DNA of 64,000 nt, from assembly GCA_022361175.1 (NCBI GenBank), contig JAKSBN010000445.1:32064-96063 (forward strand), written 5' to 3'. Position 1 is the first letter of the stretch, and each line of letters begins with the position of its first letter. This stretch comes from Pseudomonadota bacterium. Lineage in GTDB: Bacteria > Myxococcota_A > UBA9160 > UBA4427. Shown one piece after another: positions 11,017 through 21,332 of this stretch. The notes below the pieces were generated by a model. The model worked only from the letters and a program-made list of their open reading frames with translations. It did not search any database and was not told the origin of the DNA. Made by a program: the position numbers and the translations under genes.

Positions 11017-11087
11017 CTCGCCAGAATAGCGACGGAACCGGCGCGTCCGTGCTCGCCCCCTGGCCCGATCCCGTGTAGGTTGGCAGG

Positions 11088-13277
11088 GTGACCGAGCTAC
11101 CTCTGCTCCTGATCGTTCTTTTCATGGTGGCGGGGTTCGCCTACCTCGGTCGCCTCGATCAGAGCGGGGCCAGCGGACACTGGGCCGCGGCCTGGGTGCT
11201 CTTGTACGGCGCGTGGCTCGCCAGTCGAGCCGGCGGGCCCGACGCCGCCGCATGGCTGGCCGCGTCGCACTTTCTGGGCAGCCTCTTCGTGGCGGCGCTC
11301 TTGGCCGGGGCCTTCGCCTTCGACCAGCGCCGGATTCCGGCGTGGGTCTACGGGCTCGGCTTCGTCGTGGGCGGCGTTCGCGCCGGCGCCCGACTGATCG
11401 ATCAGCCGGCGTGGCCGCCCCTGGCCGGGCTTCCCATCGAGTTCGTCTTCCTGACGCTGGCGGGCTGGCTCGTGTGGCGGGGGCGGCGGGAGGGAGCTCG
11501 CGTCGAGGGCCTGTTGGCGGTGGCGCTCGGGGCGCTCGCCGTGGTCAATTCGCTGGACCAGCTGGCTCGGGCCACCCACTCCGACCCGCTGGCACTCGTC
11601 CCGCACTACATGACGGCGGCAGCGGGCACCGGACTGCTGCAGCTGGTCGTCCTGCTGGAGCGGCTTCGCCACCGGGAGCGACGCCTGCTGTTCGAAGGCG
11701 AGCTCTTGCGCCGCATTGCGTTGGCCGCGGCCGACACGCACGGGGCCGACGCCGCCATGCGCCGCACGGCGCGAGCCGTCGCGGGCCACGGAGCCTTCGC
11801 GGCTTTCGCGATCTTCGCGCGCGTCGAGGGCGAAGCGGATCTCGTCCGATGCGCCGCAACGCCCGACGATGCCACCTGGCCGGAGCGCCTCGGCCCGAAC
11901 GACCGCCTCCTCGAGCGAGGCGCGTTCCCACACGCAGAGGCCGGTCTCCCGACCCCCCGGCCAAGGCGCCCGCTGCTCGGCAGCCCGCCCGAAACGGCCA
12001 GCGACCGCACCAGTGTCGCGCCACTGCGTGTCGGCGAGCGCGAAGTCGGGGTGGCCATCGCGCGGTCGTCGGACGCCCGTGCCGTCGCGTCCGACCGCGT
12101 CCTGCTGCGCCGCGTCGCCGAAGTGACGGGACTCGTACTCGACCACGCGCGATCCGTGGAAGAGCGTGCAGCGCAGGCTCGAGAACTCGAGGCCCTGATC
12201 GAATCCGTGCCCGTCGGAATCATCCTCGTCGATCGGGCCGGCCTGATTCGCATGTTGAACCGAGTCTCCGCCGAGCAGGCGGGCGTCGGCGACGCCAAGA
12301 GCCTGTGGGGCGCCCATGCCCGCCGCGTCCTCGACGCGTTCCTGGATCGCTTGGCGCCCGAGAGCCGGGTGCTCTTGTCAGCGCAGATCGCAGCGCTGAG
12401 CGAGACGACGGATCGCCCCCTGCCCGAGCTGGAGTTGGTGACGAACGATACGCCCGTCCGCACCTTCGTGGTGTCGGCCCAGCCCGTCTCGTCTCTCGCC
12501 GACGAGTGGCTCGGCCGGCTCTGGGTCTGTCGCGAGGTGACGGAGGAGCGCGGATTGGCCGAGCGCCTGCAGCGGGCCCAGCGACTCGAGACCTTGGGCA
12601 CGCTCGCGGGGGGAGTGGCGCACGACTTCAACAACCAGCTGACCACGATTCTCGGCAACGCACACCTCTTGCTCGCGCACTTCACCGAGTCTGCGGAGCT
12701 GCGGGAGCCGCTGGCGGATCTGGAGGAGTCCGCCGCGCACTGTGCAGAACTGACGCGCTCCCTGCTCGCGTTCGCGCGACAGACCCCACCCGTGCTGCAA
12801 CTGGTCGACCCGGAGGCGGTGCTGCACACGCTGGCCTCCGAACACGAGGGCCAGATGCGGCCGGGGCAGACTCTCGAGATCTCGGTCGCCGAGGGCCTGC
12901 CGGCGGTCCATGCCGACCCCGACCAGCTTCAACGCGCCCTCTCGAACCTGATCCAAAACGCCCTCGACGCAGTCGCCGACGGCGGAAACCTGCGCCTCTC
13001 GGCGCGGCGCATGCGCCAGCGGAGTCCCGTTGCGGGTGAGTGCGTCGAGTTCAGCGTCGAGGACGACGGCCTCGGCATGGACCGCGCGACGCGAGACCGC
13101 GCGTTCGACCCGTTCTTCACGACGAAGCCGGTCGGCAGCGGAACGGGGCTCGGCCTCGCCGTGGTCTACGGCATCGTCGAGAGCCACGGCGGCGCGGTCG
13201 AACTGCAGAGCGAGCGGGGGAGGGGCACCTGCGTGCGCCTCTACTGGCCCGTGGACCCGCCCCGCGTCCACGTCTAG
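11088..13277 (+). CDS. Membrane sensor histidine kinase (multi-TM, GAF-like, PAS, HisKA, HATPase), copy 1
   Basis: About 6-7 hydrophobic helices; H-box AGGVAHDFNNQL, N-box NLIQNALDA, DDGLGM, FDPFFTTK, GTGLGL. Confidence 0.9.
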   Translation: MTELPLLLIVLFMVAGFAYLGRLDQSGASGHWAAAWVLLYGAWLASRAGGPDAAAWLAASHFLGSLFVAALLAGAFAFDQRRIPAWVYGLGFVVGGVRAGARLIDQPAWPPLAGLPIEFVFLTLAGWLVWRGRREGARVEGLLAVALGALAVVNSLDQLARATHSDPLALVPHYMTAAAGTGLLQLVVLLERLRHRERRLLFEGELLRRIALAAADTHGADAAMRRTARAVAGHGAFAAFAIFARVEGEADLVRCAATPDDATWPERLGPNDRLLERGAFPHAEAGLPTPRPRRPLLGSPPETASDRTSVAPLRVGEREVGVAIARSSDARAVASDRVLLRRVAEVTGLVLDHARSVEERAAQARELEALIESVPVGIILVDRAGLIRMLNRVSAEQAGVGDAKSLWGAHARRVLDAFLDRLAPESRVLLSAQIAALSETTDRPLPELELVTNDTPVRTFVVSAQPVSSLADEWLGRLWVCREVTEERGLAERLQRAQRLETLGTLAGGVAHDFNNQLTTILGNAHLLLAHFTESAELREPLADLEESAAHCAELTRSLLAFARQTPPVLQLVDPEAVLHTLASEHEGQMRPGQTLEISVAEGLPAVHADPDQLQRALSNLIQNALDAVADGGNLRLSARRMRQRSPVAGECVEFSVEDDGLGMDRATRDRAFDPFFTTKPVGSGTGLGLAVVYGIVESHGGAVELQSERGRGTCVRLYWPVDPPRVHV

Positions 13278-13852
13278 CGCGGCTTCTCGTCGGGAAGTTC
13301 GCCTGCTCCCGCGATCGCGGCGTAGATCGCGAGCACGCTCTGCGCGTAGCGGCCGCGCGGTCGTCGTCCCTGGCGCAGCAGCCGCCGTAGGGCCGTCGGC
13401 CCCATGTTGTACGCGGCCAGCGCCAGCTGCTGCTCCCCGAAGTCCCGAAAGAGCTCCGCGAGATACGCCGCACCGATGCGGAGATTCGTCACGGGGTCGT
13501 ACAGGCTCGCGGGCCCCCGCCAGGGAATTCCGCGTCGACGCGCCACGTCCTCCGCCACGAAGGGTCGCACCTGCATCCAACCGAGCGCTCCGCTCGGGCC
13601 TCGGGCACGCGCACGCAGCCGACTCTCGTGATAGGCGACCGACAGCACCAGCAACGGATCCAGACCGTGCTCGGCTTCGATCTCAGTCAAGGCGGACACG
13701 ACCTCTTCGTGTGTCACCTCTCGCAACGCCGGCGCCATGCGCACGAGGGCCGTTTCCACGTCCGACGTCTCGGCGAAGGCAACTTGCGCAAAAACACCCA
13801 AGATGCCGACGGCAAACCAATGAAAACCTACGCGGCCGTATTCGAGAGTCAT
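13274..13852 (-). CDS. Lytic transglycosylase (SLT domain) protein, exported
   Basis: Catalytic HES, GALGWMQV, LYDPVTNLRIGAAYL, ALAAYNMG; N-terminal signal-like segment. Confidence 0.88.
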   Translation of the reverse strand: MTLEYGRVGFHWFAVGILGVFAQVAFAETSDVETALVRMAPALREVTHEEVVSALTEIEAEHGLDPLLVLSVAYHESRLRARARGPSGALGWMQVRPFVAEDVARRRGIPWRGPASLYDPVTNLRIGAAYLAELFRDFGEQQLALAAYNMGPTALRRLLRQGRRPRGRYAQSVLAIYAAIAGAGELPDEKPR

Positions 13853-14005
13853 CTCGTTCTCTTCGGCCGGTGGCCGCCGGTCCGTGTAATCCTCGCCACG
13901 GCGCCGCCTCCGCTCTGGCCGTCGTACCCAGCCGGATGGGACAATGGTCGTAGGGCGACCCGACCCGATGCAGCAGCGTCCCCCCACGCCCGCGGAGAGT
14001 AGCTC

Positions 14006-16237
14006 GTGAGCTCGATCGGTATTCTCGGACTGTTGGCGGTCGTGGTGCTGCCCGTGGCGTTCGCCCTGGGCCGCATGAGCGCGGGCCGCGGGGGGCGACT
14101 GTGGGCACTGAGCTGGGCCACGCTGTACGTCGCTGCGATCGCCTACGCGTGGCCCGGCGAGCCCGCGCTGGCACTGGCCGGCTCTCAAGTTCTGGGAACG
14201 CTCTTCGCAACCCTGTTGGTGGCCGGTTCCCTGGCCTTCGTCGGTCGACCGGTGCCAAACGTCGTATACGCCGTGGGAGCGCTGGTGGGCCTCGCGCGGG
14301 CGGCCGCGCAGCTGGCGGGTTCAGCGTGGCTGCCGGACCTGCTGCTCCTCTTGACGACGCCCCCGGCCGTGATCGCGTGCGCCGTGGTCGTCGCGCGCGC
14401 GAATCGGCGCGGAGCCCCCACCCACTGGGAGCGGGTGCTGCCCTGGGCCCTGGTCGCCTACGCACTCAGCGGCGTCTTTCTGGCCCTCACCCGGTCGTCC
14501 GGCGCGACGCCGACTCTCGTCATTCGCGTGGGCCTCGCCACCTCGTTGTCTCTCGCCGCCGTGCAGGCGGCCGCCGTCGTGGCCCAACTGCGCGCACGCG
14601 AGCGGCGGTTGGTGATCGAACGCGAGCTCCTGCGCTACGTGGCCCGTGCCAGCTTGGACACCGCGGTCGACGGCCGGATACTCGAAGACATCGCGGCCCA
14701 GGTGCGAAGTCGGGCGGGCTTCGACAGCTTCAGCATCTGGCTTCTCTCCGAGGAAGGCGACGCACTCGAATGCGCGGCCCGAGACGACGATCTCCCGCCC
14801 TCTCTCGCGCCGCCGGCAAGGCTACCCTTGAGCCGCCCCCTGTTGCGCCCCAACGCGGCCAGCGAAGTGCCCACTGGCGGACACGCTCGAGACGCGGAAC
14901 CCGTCTCCGAGATCGCAGCCAGCGTGCCCTATGAATCGCTCGTGCAGGGCGTACTCGGTTCCAAGGACCGCCTCCTCGGCGTCGTCGTGGCCGGACGACG
15001 CGAGGCCCAGAGCCTCGACGTCATGGACGCCCGCCTGGTCGCAGCGCTCGCGGACGAGATCGCCCTGGCCGTGGCCCACCTTCGCTCGCGACGGGAGCGC
15101 GAATCCCACGCGCGCTCTCTCGCCGCGGAGCGAAGCACCCTGAGCGCGCTCATGCAGAGCGTTCCCGTCGGCATCGTGCTGGTCGACCGGGACGGTCTGA
15201 TCCGCAGCGCGAACCGGATCGGGACCCGCCTGTATGGACTCGGCGACCCCGACCAATGGCTCGGCCGCCATCAGCGCGAGACCTTCCAGATGTACGCCGA
15301 GCAGCTCAACGACGCCGACCGCGAACGACTGGCCGCCGCCACCAGGCGCGCAGCGCGCGACCCCGAGGCCATTCTCGACGATCTCGAATTCGAGCTGACC
15401 ATCGACGAACCGCGCCGCATCGTCTTGTATTCGAGCCCCGTGCGCGCGGGGGAGAACCGCGAGATCATCGGGCGCCTGTGGTTCTCCCGAGACGTGACCG
15501 AGGAGCGCCGCATGTCCCAGGATCTCGAACGAACGCGGCGTCTCGAGACCCTGGGCGGACTGGCGGGTGGGGTCGCTCACGACTTCAACAACCAGCTGAC
15601 GGCGATCCTCGGGAACGCGGAGCTCATGCTTCGAACCCTGCCGCACGGAGTTCACCGGGAAGCCCTGCTGGATCTCCAGCAGGGAGCCGAGCACTGCGCC
15701 GACCTCACGCGATCGCTGCTCGACTTCGCGCGGCAGTCTCCGACCGAGCCCGAGGCCGTGTCACTGGACTCGGTGTGGGCGCGGGTCGAGTTGGCGGTCC
15801 GAAGTGCGCTGCCGCCGGACGTCCAGCTCGTCTACGAGTCGGAAGCCCCGCTGCCGGCGCTTCGCGCCGACGCCACCCAGCTCGGGCGCGCGCTGACCCA
15901 CCTCCTGGAGAACGCATCCGATGCCGTGGGCGGTCGGGGACGGATTCGGGTGGCCGCCCGGTCTCTGCCGCAGAGACGCGATCCGGCGGTTGAGATCCGC
16001 GTGTCCGATACGGGCGTCGGCATGAAATCGGACGTCCTGGAGCGCGCGTTCGACCCCTTCTTCACCACCAAGCCGATCGGCCAGGGCAACGGGCTGGGCC
16101 TGGCCATCGTGTACGGCATCGTGGAGGCCCACGGTGCTGACGTGGAGATGGAGAGCACGCCCGGCCGTGGCACGACGGTGCGGCTCGAGTGGCCCGCCTC
16201 CCCCGCCACCAACGGGTCGGCCGCGCGAAGTCTATGA
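14006..16237 (+). CDS. Membrane sensor histidine kinase (multi-TM, GAF-like, PAS, HisKA, HATPase), copy 2
   Basis: Same layout as 11088-13277; AGGVAHDFNNQL, DTGVGM, FDPFFTTK, GNGLGL. Confidence 0.9.
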   Translation: MSSIGILGLLAVVVLPVAFALGRMSAGRGGRLWALSWATLYVAAIAYAWPGEPALALAGSQVLGTLFATLLVAGSLAFVGRPVPNVVYAVGALVGLARAAAQLAGSAWLPDLLLLLTTPPAVIACAVVVARANRRGAPTHWERVLPWALVAYALSGVFLALTRSSGATPTLVIRVGLATSLSLAAVQAAAVVAQLRARERRLVIERELLRYVARASLDTAVDGRILEDIAAQVRSRAGFDSFSIWLLSEEGDALECAARDDDLPPSLAPPARLPLSRPLLRPNAASEVPTGGHARDAEPVSEIAASVPYESLVQGVLGSKDRLLGVVVAGRREAQSLDVMDARLVAALADEIALAVAHLRSRRERESHARSLAAERSTLSALMQSVPVGIVLVDRDGLIRSANRIGTRLYGLGDPDQWLGRHQRETFQMYAEQLNDADRERLAAATRRAARDPEAILDDLEFELTIDEPRRIVLYSSPVRAGENREIIGRLWFSRDVTEERRMSQDLERTRRLETLGGLAGGVAHDFNNQLTAILGNAELMLRTLPHGVHREALLDLQQGAEHCADLTRSLLDFARQSPTEPEAVSLDSVWARVELAVRSALPPDVQLVYESEAPLPALRADATQLGRALTHLLENASDAVGGRGRIRVAARSLPQRRDPAVEIRVSDTGVGMKSDVLERAFDPFFTTKPIGQGNGLGLAIVYGIVEAHGADVEMESTPGRGTTVRLEWPASPATNGSAARSL

Positions 16238-17248
16238 GGTCTCGACCGGCGGTGGAAACCGCACGTACTCGGCCACCAGGAGCTCTGCGAACGCCCGGTT
16301 GTCGGGCCGCACTCCGGTGAGGCGACCGCGACGGCGCAGGTCGGATTCCAACGTCCCGAGCACCGTCTCGAGCCCGAGATCATCGCTGTGTTCGCGCCAG
16401 TGGCGCCGCTCGGCCTCGTCCTCGAAGCAGTAGGCCTTCCAGGAGACCGAGAACCGCATCTCCTCCCAGCGGTAGTCGGCGATGCGCTGCGAACCCTCGC
16501 GGACGAACCACCGACCGCCGCCTTCGCTCTCGAGGCGCATCCCGGGCCGCAGGTCGGGCAACGACTTCACACCGTCTTCCCGCACTCGATCCACACCGTG
16601 GAAGACCGAGTCCGTGTCCACGGCGATGGCGGTGTTGAACCGAACGTTGTGCGCCACCGGCGGGCGTTCGGCCCCCTCCGGATAGAAGGCGAACTCGCCG
16701 CCGCGGGCGTCGTGAAACCAGGACACGCCGGTGGCGATCGGCATCCGCCAGCGGTCGAAGAGGCCGGAGTGGTGCATCACGACGAGCAGCCACTGGGGAT
16801 GCAGCTTGCGGTTCGCCCCACGGAACTCGGGCACGTCGGTGTGCACTGCAAGCTCCTGCCCCGGCAACAGCAAGTTGGCGTAGACGATCGCCGGCTCGAC
16901 GACCGGGCGCCCGTGGATCTCGCGTGCGGCCTCGACGAAGCCCTCGTGGTGGAAGAAGGGCTCGATGCCCGGAGCCGCGATCTCCTCGCCGTAGGCGTAG
17001 GTTTCCCGGAAGTAGTTCGTCCGCGCCGCCAGCGTCTTCAAGTCTTCCCGGCGTCCGAAACGCCCGCCGGTGCGAACGAAGTTGAAAGCGGCATCGAAGC
17101 GCTGCGGCAGCCCCTCGCCAATCCCCTCGTTCAGGCCCTCTTCCGAGTACATGCCGTAGCTGCCGAAGCGCTCGCACAGGGCGACGATTTCGCGGGCGGC
17201 CGACTCGGGGAGCAGGGGATCGAAGACTCGGTAGGGGAAGCTCGTCAC
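16232..17248 (-). CDS. Putative 2OG-Fe(II) oxygenase-fold protein
   Basis: HxD (AVHTDVP), GGEF, distal His (VFHGV), RFSVSW; start re-called at GTG (VTSFPY). Confidence 0.6.
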   Translation of the reverse strand: MTSFPYRVFDPLLPESAAREIVALCERFGSYGMYSEEGLNEGIGEGLPQRFDAAFNFVRTGGRFGRREDLKTLAARTNYFRETYAYGEEIAAPGIEPFFHHEGFVEAAREIHGRPVVEPAIVYANLLLPGQELAVHTDVPEFRGANRKLHPQWLLVVMHHSGLFDRWRMPIATGVSWFHDARGGEFAFYPEGAERPPVAHNVRFNTAIAVDTDSVFHGVDRVREDGVKSLPDLRPGMRLESEGGGRWFVREGSQRIADYRWEEMRFSVSWKAYCFEDEAERRHWREHSDDLGLETVLGTLESDLRRRGRLTGVRPDNRAFAELLVAEYVRFPPPVETS

Positions 17249-17398
17249 GGGCACCTCCGTCGCGGGGGTCCCCAGGATACCAGGCCGTGGCACATCGGTG
17301 CGAAACGTCTTCTGAGACGCTTGCGCCGGCGGACTCGCGCGGGCCCGGGTGCTTCGCCTCGCCCCCGGTCGCGATCGCGGCGGAGGACGGCCCGCGCC

Positions 17399-20125
17399 TC
17401 ATTGCTGCAGGCGGCGACCGCCACGGCTTCGGGAGAAGCCGCTCTCGGCGCCGGACGCGGACGCGCTGGAAACGAAGGCTCCGTTCAGATCCGTCACGAA
17501 GTCGAGACCGCTCCGGTTTCCGCTCACGTTGATGACGATGGGTGCAGCCCGCGTCGGATAGACGCCGCAGGCTTCCCCGGCGTCGCACAGGAATCCGTCG
17601 TTGTCCGCATCCGTCCCCGCGACGAGGAAGTAGCTGCCGGGGGACACATCAGTGAACTCGAAACTGTAGGTCCCGTTCGAGACGGCGACCCCGACCTCGT
17701 ACACCACCCCCGAGGTCGCGGGGTTGACCAGGGTCACGAAGTGATAGCCGGCGTCGCCCGTCGACGAGAGACTCGCGCCCACCTGCATGATCACCGGCAG
17801 CACGACCGTGTTCGCGGCCACGGTCGAGAACGTGATCGAACCGGTGTAGAGCCCGTCCCCCGGCACCGCCGTGCGGTCGATCTGGGCGCGATAGGTGCCG
17901 GTGTTGTCGGCGCCGACGCTCACGGGTACGACCGAGAGCCAGGCGTCGCCGTCGTCGGTGACGACTCCGGGAGGTGCATTGACCATGAGCGACCCACCGC
18001 CGGCGTTCACGACAGTCACGTCGATGGCGTCCAGATCGACGCCGAAGCTCAGCACCAGGGGATTCGCCTCCAGGCGCGGATCCAGTGCCGGCGGCGGCGT
18101 GCCGGGCGTGGTGACGGCGGCGGCGTTGACGGCGGCCAGGGCGTCGATGCGCCCGTAGCCGAAGAAGTCGTCCCGCCCGGGGGAGCCGAGATCGACGGTC
18201 ATCAAGCCGGCCGCCAGAAGATTGTCGAAATCCTGCGGCCCGAGACCGGGGTTGACTCCCAGCATGAGGGCGATGACGCCGGACACGTGCGGAGCGGCCA
18301 TCGAGGTGCCGATCAGCTGGACGTACGTGAGGGCGGGGTCTCCCGGGTCGGGATCGTCATCGAGCCACGTGCTCAGGATTCCATCGAGGAAGTCGCCGCC
18401 GGGGGCGGCGATGTCGATGGTGGGGCCGAAATTGGAGTACGAGGCCAGCGCGTCGTTCCTGGCGGTGGCGCTGACGGAGATGACTCCGGGATACGCGGCC
18501 GGATAGAACGAAGTGCTGGAGGAGTCGTTGCCCGCCGCCGCCACGACGGTCACGCCGGCCGCCCGAACCGCCGTGATGGCGTCCTGAAACGATTGGGAGA
18601 AGCCGGGTCCGCCGAGGCTCATGTTGATGACGTCGGCGGCCTCCGCGGGCAGCGTGCCCGACGAGTTCGACAAGCCGGCGGCGAAGCGCAGCGCTTCGAT
18701 GATGTCGAAGTCGGTGCCCTGACCGTTCAGGCCCAGCACCCGCAGCGGCATGATCCGCGCCTCGAAGGCGACACCGGCGACGCCGGCGCCGTTGTTCGTC
18801 TCTGCGGCCACGGTGCCGGCCACGTGCGTCCCGTGAAAGGAGGCGCCGGGGCCGGGGACGTCGCCGGGGTCGGAGGGATCGGGATCGATGCCGCCGCCGT
18901 CGCGGGAGCGCGCCGGCGAGCTGATGAAGTCGTACCCGGGCACGAGCTGGCCATCCAGGTCCGGATGCGACAGCACGATCCCCGAATCCACGACGGCCAC
19001 GATCGGGCTTCCCGTCCGCGGTACGTCCCAGGCGTCCTCCAGGTTCATCACCTCGAAGTCCCACTGTTGGTCGAACAGCGGGTCGTCCGGCGTGAAAGCG
19101 GCCCGGCGGACGTAGTTCAGATCGGCGCACTCCACGTCGGCGCGGCGACGGAGCACCTTGGCGAGGCGCTCCGTGTCGAGGGCGAGCTGCCGCTCTGGAT
19201 CTCGTTGTTCCAGCTCGGCGCTGCCGAGCCGCACGGCGCTGGCTCCCAGCGCGGCGAAAGCGCGCGCGGCGTGGTCCACGTCGCGCAGCCGGACCAGGGC
19301 CGGGCCGCCGGCTCCAGCGGCGGGGCCGCGAACGAAGTCCAGGCCCATGGACTCGAGGCGCTCGCCCATGAGACGGGCGTTGGCGGCGGCGGTCTGGGCC
19401 GCGCGCAGGCGCACGAGAACCTCACCCGGAACGAACTCCGGCTCGGGCTCCGCCGCGGGTGCGACGAGCCCCGCACTCGTGGCGGTCGAGCCCACGATCA
19501 GCACGTAGTTGGCGGAGCCCGCGAAGGCCGTGACGAGCACGTAGTAGTCGCCGGCCGTCGGAGCCACCACCTCCTCGACGGGCGTCCCGGACTGCGAGAG
19601 ATCCACCGGGGTCTGGGCGAGATCCAGGAGCTGGAGATCCAGGTCGTCGGTCACCCCGTCGCCGGCGAAGACCAGTCGGACGGTCTGCATGGCGGCCAGC
19701 GAAACCCGGTAGTAGTCGGCGGCGTCGCCGGCCATCTGCGAGCGCCCGGCGCTCCCCTGGCCGGCCACGTTGACGTAGCCACCCACGGTGACGGGGTTCG
19801 GGATCAGCTGGGCGGTCGCCGGCGTATCGTTGGGCGTCGAGGGAACGGGGGGCGCGGTGGGGTCCGTGGGCTGTGCGTTGACGTCGCTGTCTGCGGCCGT
19901 GCGGCTCGGGGCGAAGAGAGTGCCGCTCACCCGCAGGCCGCTGCTGCCGCCACCGCCATCATCGCTGCTGCTGCCGCCCCCGTCGCCCCCGCCGCAGGCC
20001 AGCGCCAGGCACGCCAGGAGGAGCAGGGAAAAACCGACCGCCCACCGAGGGCTTCGAACCCGACTCTGCACAGCGACTGCGATCACACCACGCCCTCTGG
20101 CCACGGCTGGGCCTCCGCCATGCAT
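17399..20125 (-). CDS. S8 subtilisin-family serine peptidase, lipoprotein with PPC-like and Ig-like domains
   Basis: Triad VAVVDSG / FHGTHVAGTVAA / GTSMAAPHV, AAAGND; lipobox LALAC then Gly/Ser linker; exact start uncertain. Confidence 0.9.
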   Translation of the reverse strand: MHGGGPAVARGRGVIAVAVQSRVRSPRWAVGFSLLLLACLALACGGGDGGGSSSDDGGGGSSGLRVSGTLFAPSRTAADSDVNAQPTDPTAPPVPSTPNDTPATAQLIPNPVTVGGYVNVAGQGSAGRSQMAGDAADYYRVSLAAMQTVRLVFAGDGVTDDLDLQLLDLAQTPVDLSQSGTPVEEVVAPTAGDYYVLVTAFAGSANYVLIVGSTATSAGLVAPAAEPEPEFVPGEVLVRLRAAQTAAANARLMGERLESMGLDFVRGPAAGAGGPALVRLRDVDHAARAFAALGASAVRLGSAELEQRDPERQLALDTERLAKVLRRRADVECADLNYVRRAAFTPDDPLFDQQWDFEVMNLEDAWDVPRTGSPIVAVVDSGIVLSHPDLDGQLVPGYDFISSPARSRDGGGIDPDPSDPGDVPGPGASFHGTHVAGTVAAETNNGAGVAGVAFEARIMPLRVLGLNGQGTDFDIIEALRFAAGLSNSSGTLPAEAADVINMSLGGPGFSQSFQDAITAVRAAGVTVVAAAGNDSSSTSFYPAAYPGVISVSATARNDALASYSNFGPTIDIAAPGGDFLDGILSTWLDDDPDPGDPALTYVQLIGTSMAAPHVSGVIALMLGVNPGLGPQDFDNLLAAGLMTVDLGSPGRDDFFGYGRIDALAAVNAAAVTTPGTPPPALDPRLEANPLVLSFGVDLDAIDVTVVNAGGGSLMVNAPPGVVTDDGDAWLSVVPVSVGADNTGTYRAQIDRTAVPGDGLYTGSITFSTVAANTVVLPVIMQVGASLSSTGDAGYHFVTLVNPATSGVVYEVGVAVSNGTYSFEFTDVSPGSYFLVAGTDADNDGFLCDAGEACGVYPTRAAPIVINVSGNRSGLDFVTDLNGAFVSSASASGAESGFSRSRGGRRLQQ

Positions 20126-20203
20126 CGGACCGGAGGGCGGTCAACTTGGTGCGCAATGTCACATGGAGAGTTCCGCTCGACACGGATCTCTCCGCAGCGG
20201 GGC

Positions 20204-21235
20204 CTAGGCGCCCCCCTGCGGCTCGGCGATCTTCAGCAGCTGCTTGCCGACGTTCTTGCCCTGGAAGAGCCGCAGGAAGGTCGCAGGGGCGTTCTCGATG
20301 CCCTCCTGAACGTCCTCCTGGTAGACGATCTTGCCCTCGGACACCCAGCGTCCGAGCTCGCCCACCGCCTCGCCGAAGCGGGGCAGGTAGTCGATGACGA
20401 TGAAGCCTTCCATGCGACCGCGGTGGATGATCAGGTTGAGGAGGTTGCGCGGCCCGGGCGGCTGTTCCTTCTCGTTGTAGCTGGAGATGCCGCCGCACAG
20501 GACCACCCGCGCGCGGTCTGCGATGCGCGCCAGGCACGCGTCCAGGATTTCGCCACCCACGTTGTCGAAGTAGATGTCGATGCCCTTGGGACACAGCTCG
20601 CTGAGCTTGGCGCCGACGTCGTCGCGCTTGTAGTCGATGGCGGCGTCAAAGCCGGCGCTCTCGGTCAGCCAACGACATTTCTCGGGGCCCCCGGCGATGC
20701 CGATCACGCGGCAGCCCTTGAGCTTGGCGATCTGGCCCGCCACCGACCCGGTGGCACCGGCCGCGCCCGAGACGACCACGGTCTCTCCTTCCTTCGGCTC
20801 ACCGAGATCCAGCAGGCCGAAGTAGGCGGTGAGACCCGTGGTGCCGAGCACGGAGAGAGGGAGCGTGAGCGGCACGCCCGCCGGCACCTTGCTCGGCGCC
20901 CGCATGCCGCCGGATTCGACGACGGCCCACTCCTGCCAACCGAAAAGACCCTGCACGACGTCGCCCACGGCGAAATCGGGATTCCGGGATTCGACCACCT
21001 CGCCCACGCCGCCGGCGCGCATCACGTCGCCCAGGCCCACGGGCGGCAGGTAGCTGGGGCGATCGTCCAGCCAGCCGCGCATGGCCGGATCGAAGGAGAC
21101 GTAGAGGGTGCGAACCAGGATCTGGCCGTCCGTCAGCGCCGGCACCGGCTCTTCGCGCGGCTCGAAGTTGCTCTCCTGGACCATCCCCACGGGCCGCGAG
21201 ACCAGGCACCACTTCCGATTGATCCGCTCCGTCAT
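20204..21235 (-). CDS. NADP-dependent oxidoreductase (CurA / prostaglandin reductase, MDR family)
   Basis: SFDPAMRGW, GLTAYFGL, VSGAAGATGS, YFDNVGG, CGGISSYN, GKNVGKQLL. Confidence 0.92.
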   Translation of the reverse strand: MTERINRKWCLVSRPVGMVQESNFEPREEPVPALTDGQILVRTLYVSFDPAMRGWLDDRPSYLPPVGLGDVMRAGGVGEVVESRNPDFAVGDVVQGLFGWQEWAVVESGGMRAPSKVPAGVPLTLPLSVLGTTGLTAYFGLLDLGEPKEGETVVVSGAAGATGSVAGQIAKLKGCRVIGIAGGPEKCRWLTESAGFDAAIDYKRDDVGAKLSELCPKGIDIYFDNVGGEILDACLARIADRARVVLCGGISSYNEKEQPPGPRNLLNLIIHRGRMEGFIVIDYLPRFGEAVGELGRWVSEGKIVYQEDVQEGIENAPATFLRLFQGKNVGKQLLKIAEPQGGA

Positions 21236-21265
21236 CGCCGACTCCTTTTGCCCCCCATCCACCGG

Positions 21266-21279
21266 CTGACTATAGTTAG
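21266..21279. promoter_or_regulatory. Near-perfect 14-bp palindrome, candidate operator
   Basis: CTGACTATAGTTAG in the divergent oxidoreductase/thiolase spacer. Confidence 0.4.
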
Positions 21280-21332
21280 GCGCCCCGACTTTTGGCATCC
21301 CGGGCGACAATTCTTTCTCACGAGCCTGTACA

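Noticed and set aside
13853-14005. c-di-AMP or c-di-GMP riboswitch upstream of the SLT gene (also checked 23500-23757)
   Set aside because: No consensus motif recognised by eye; an Rfam search would settle it
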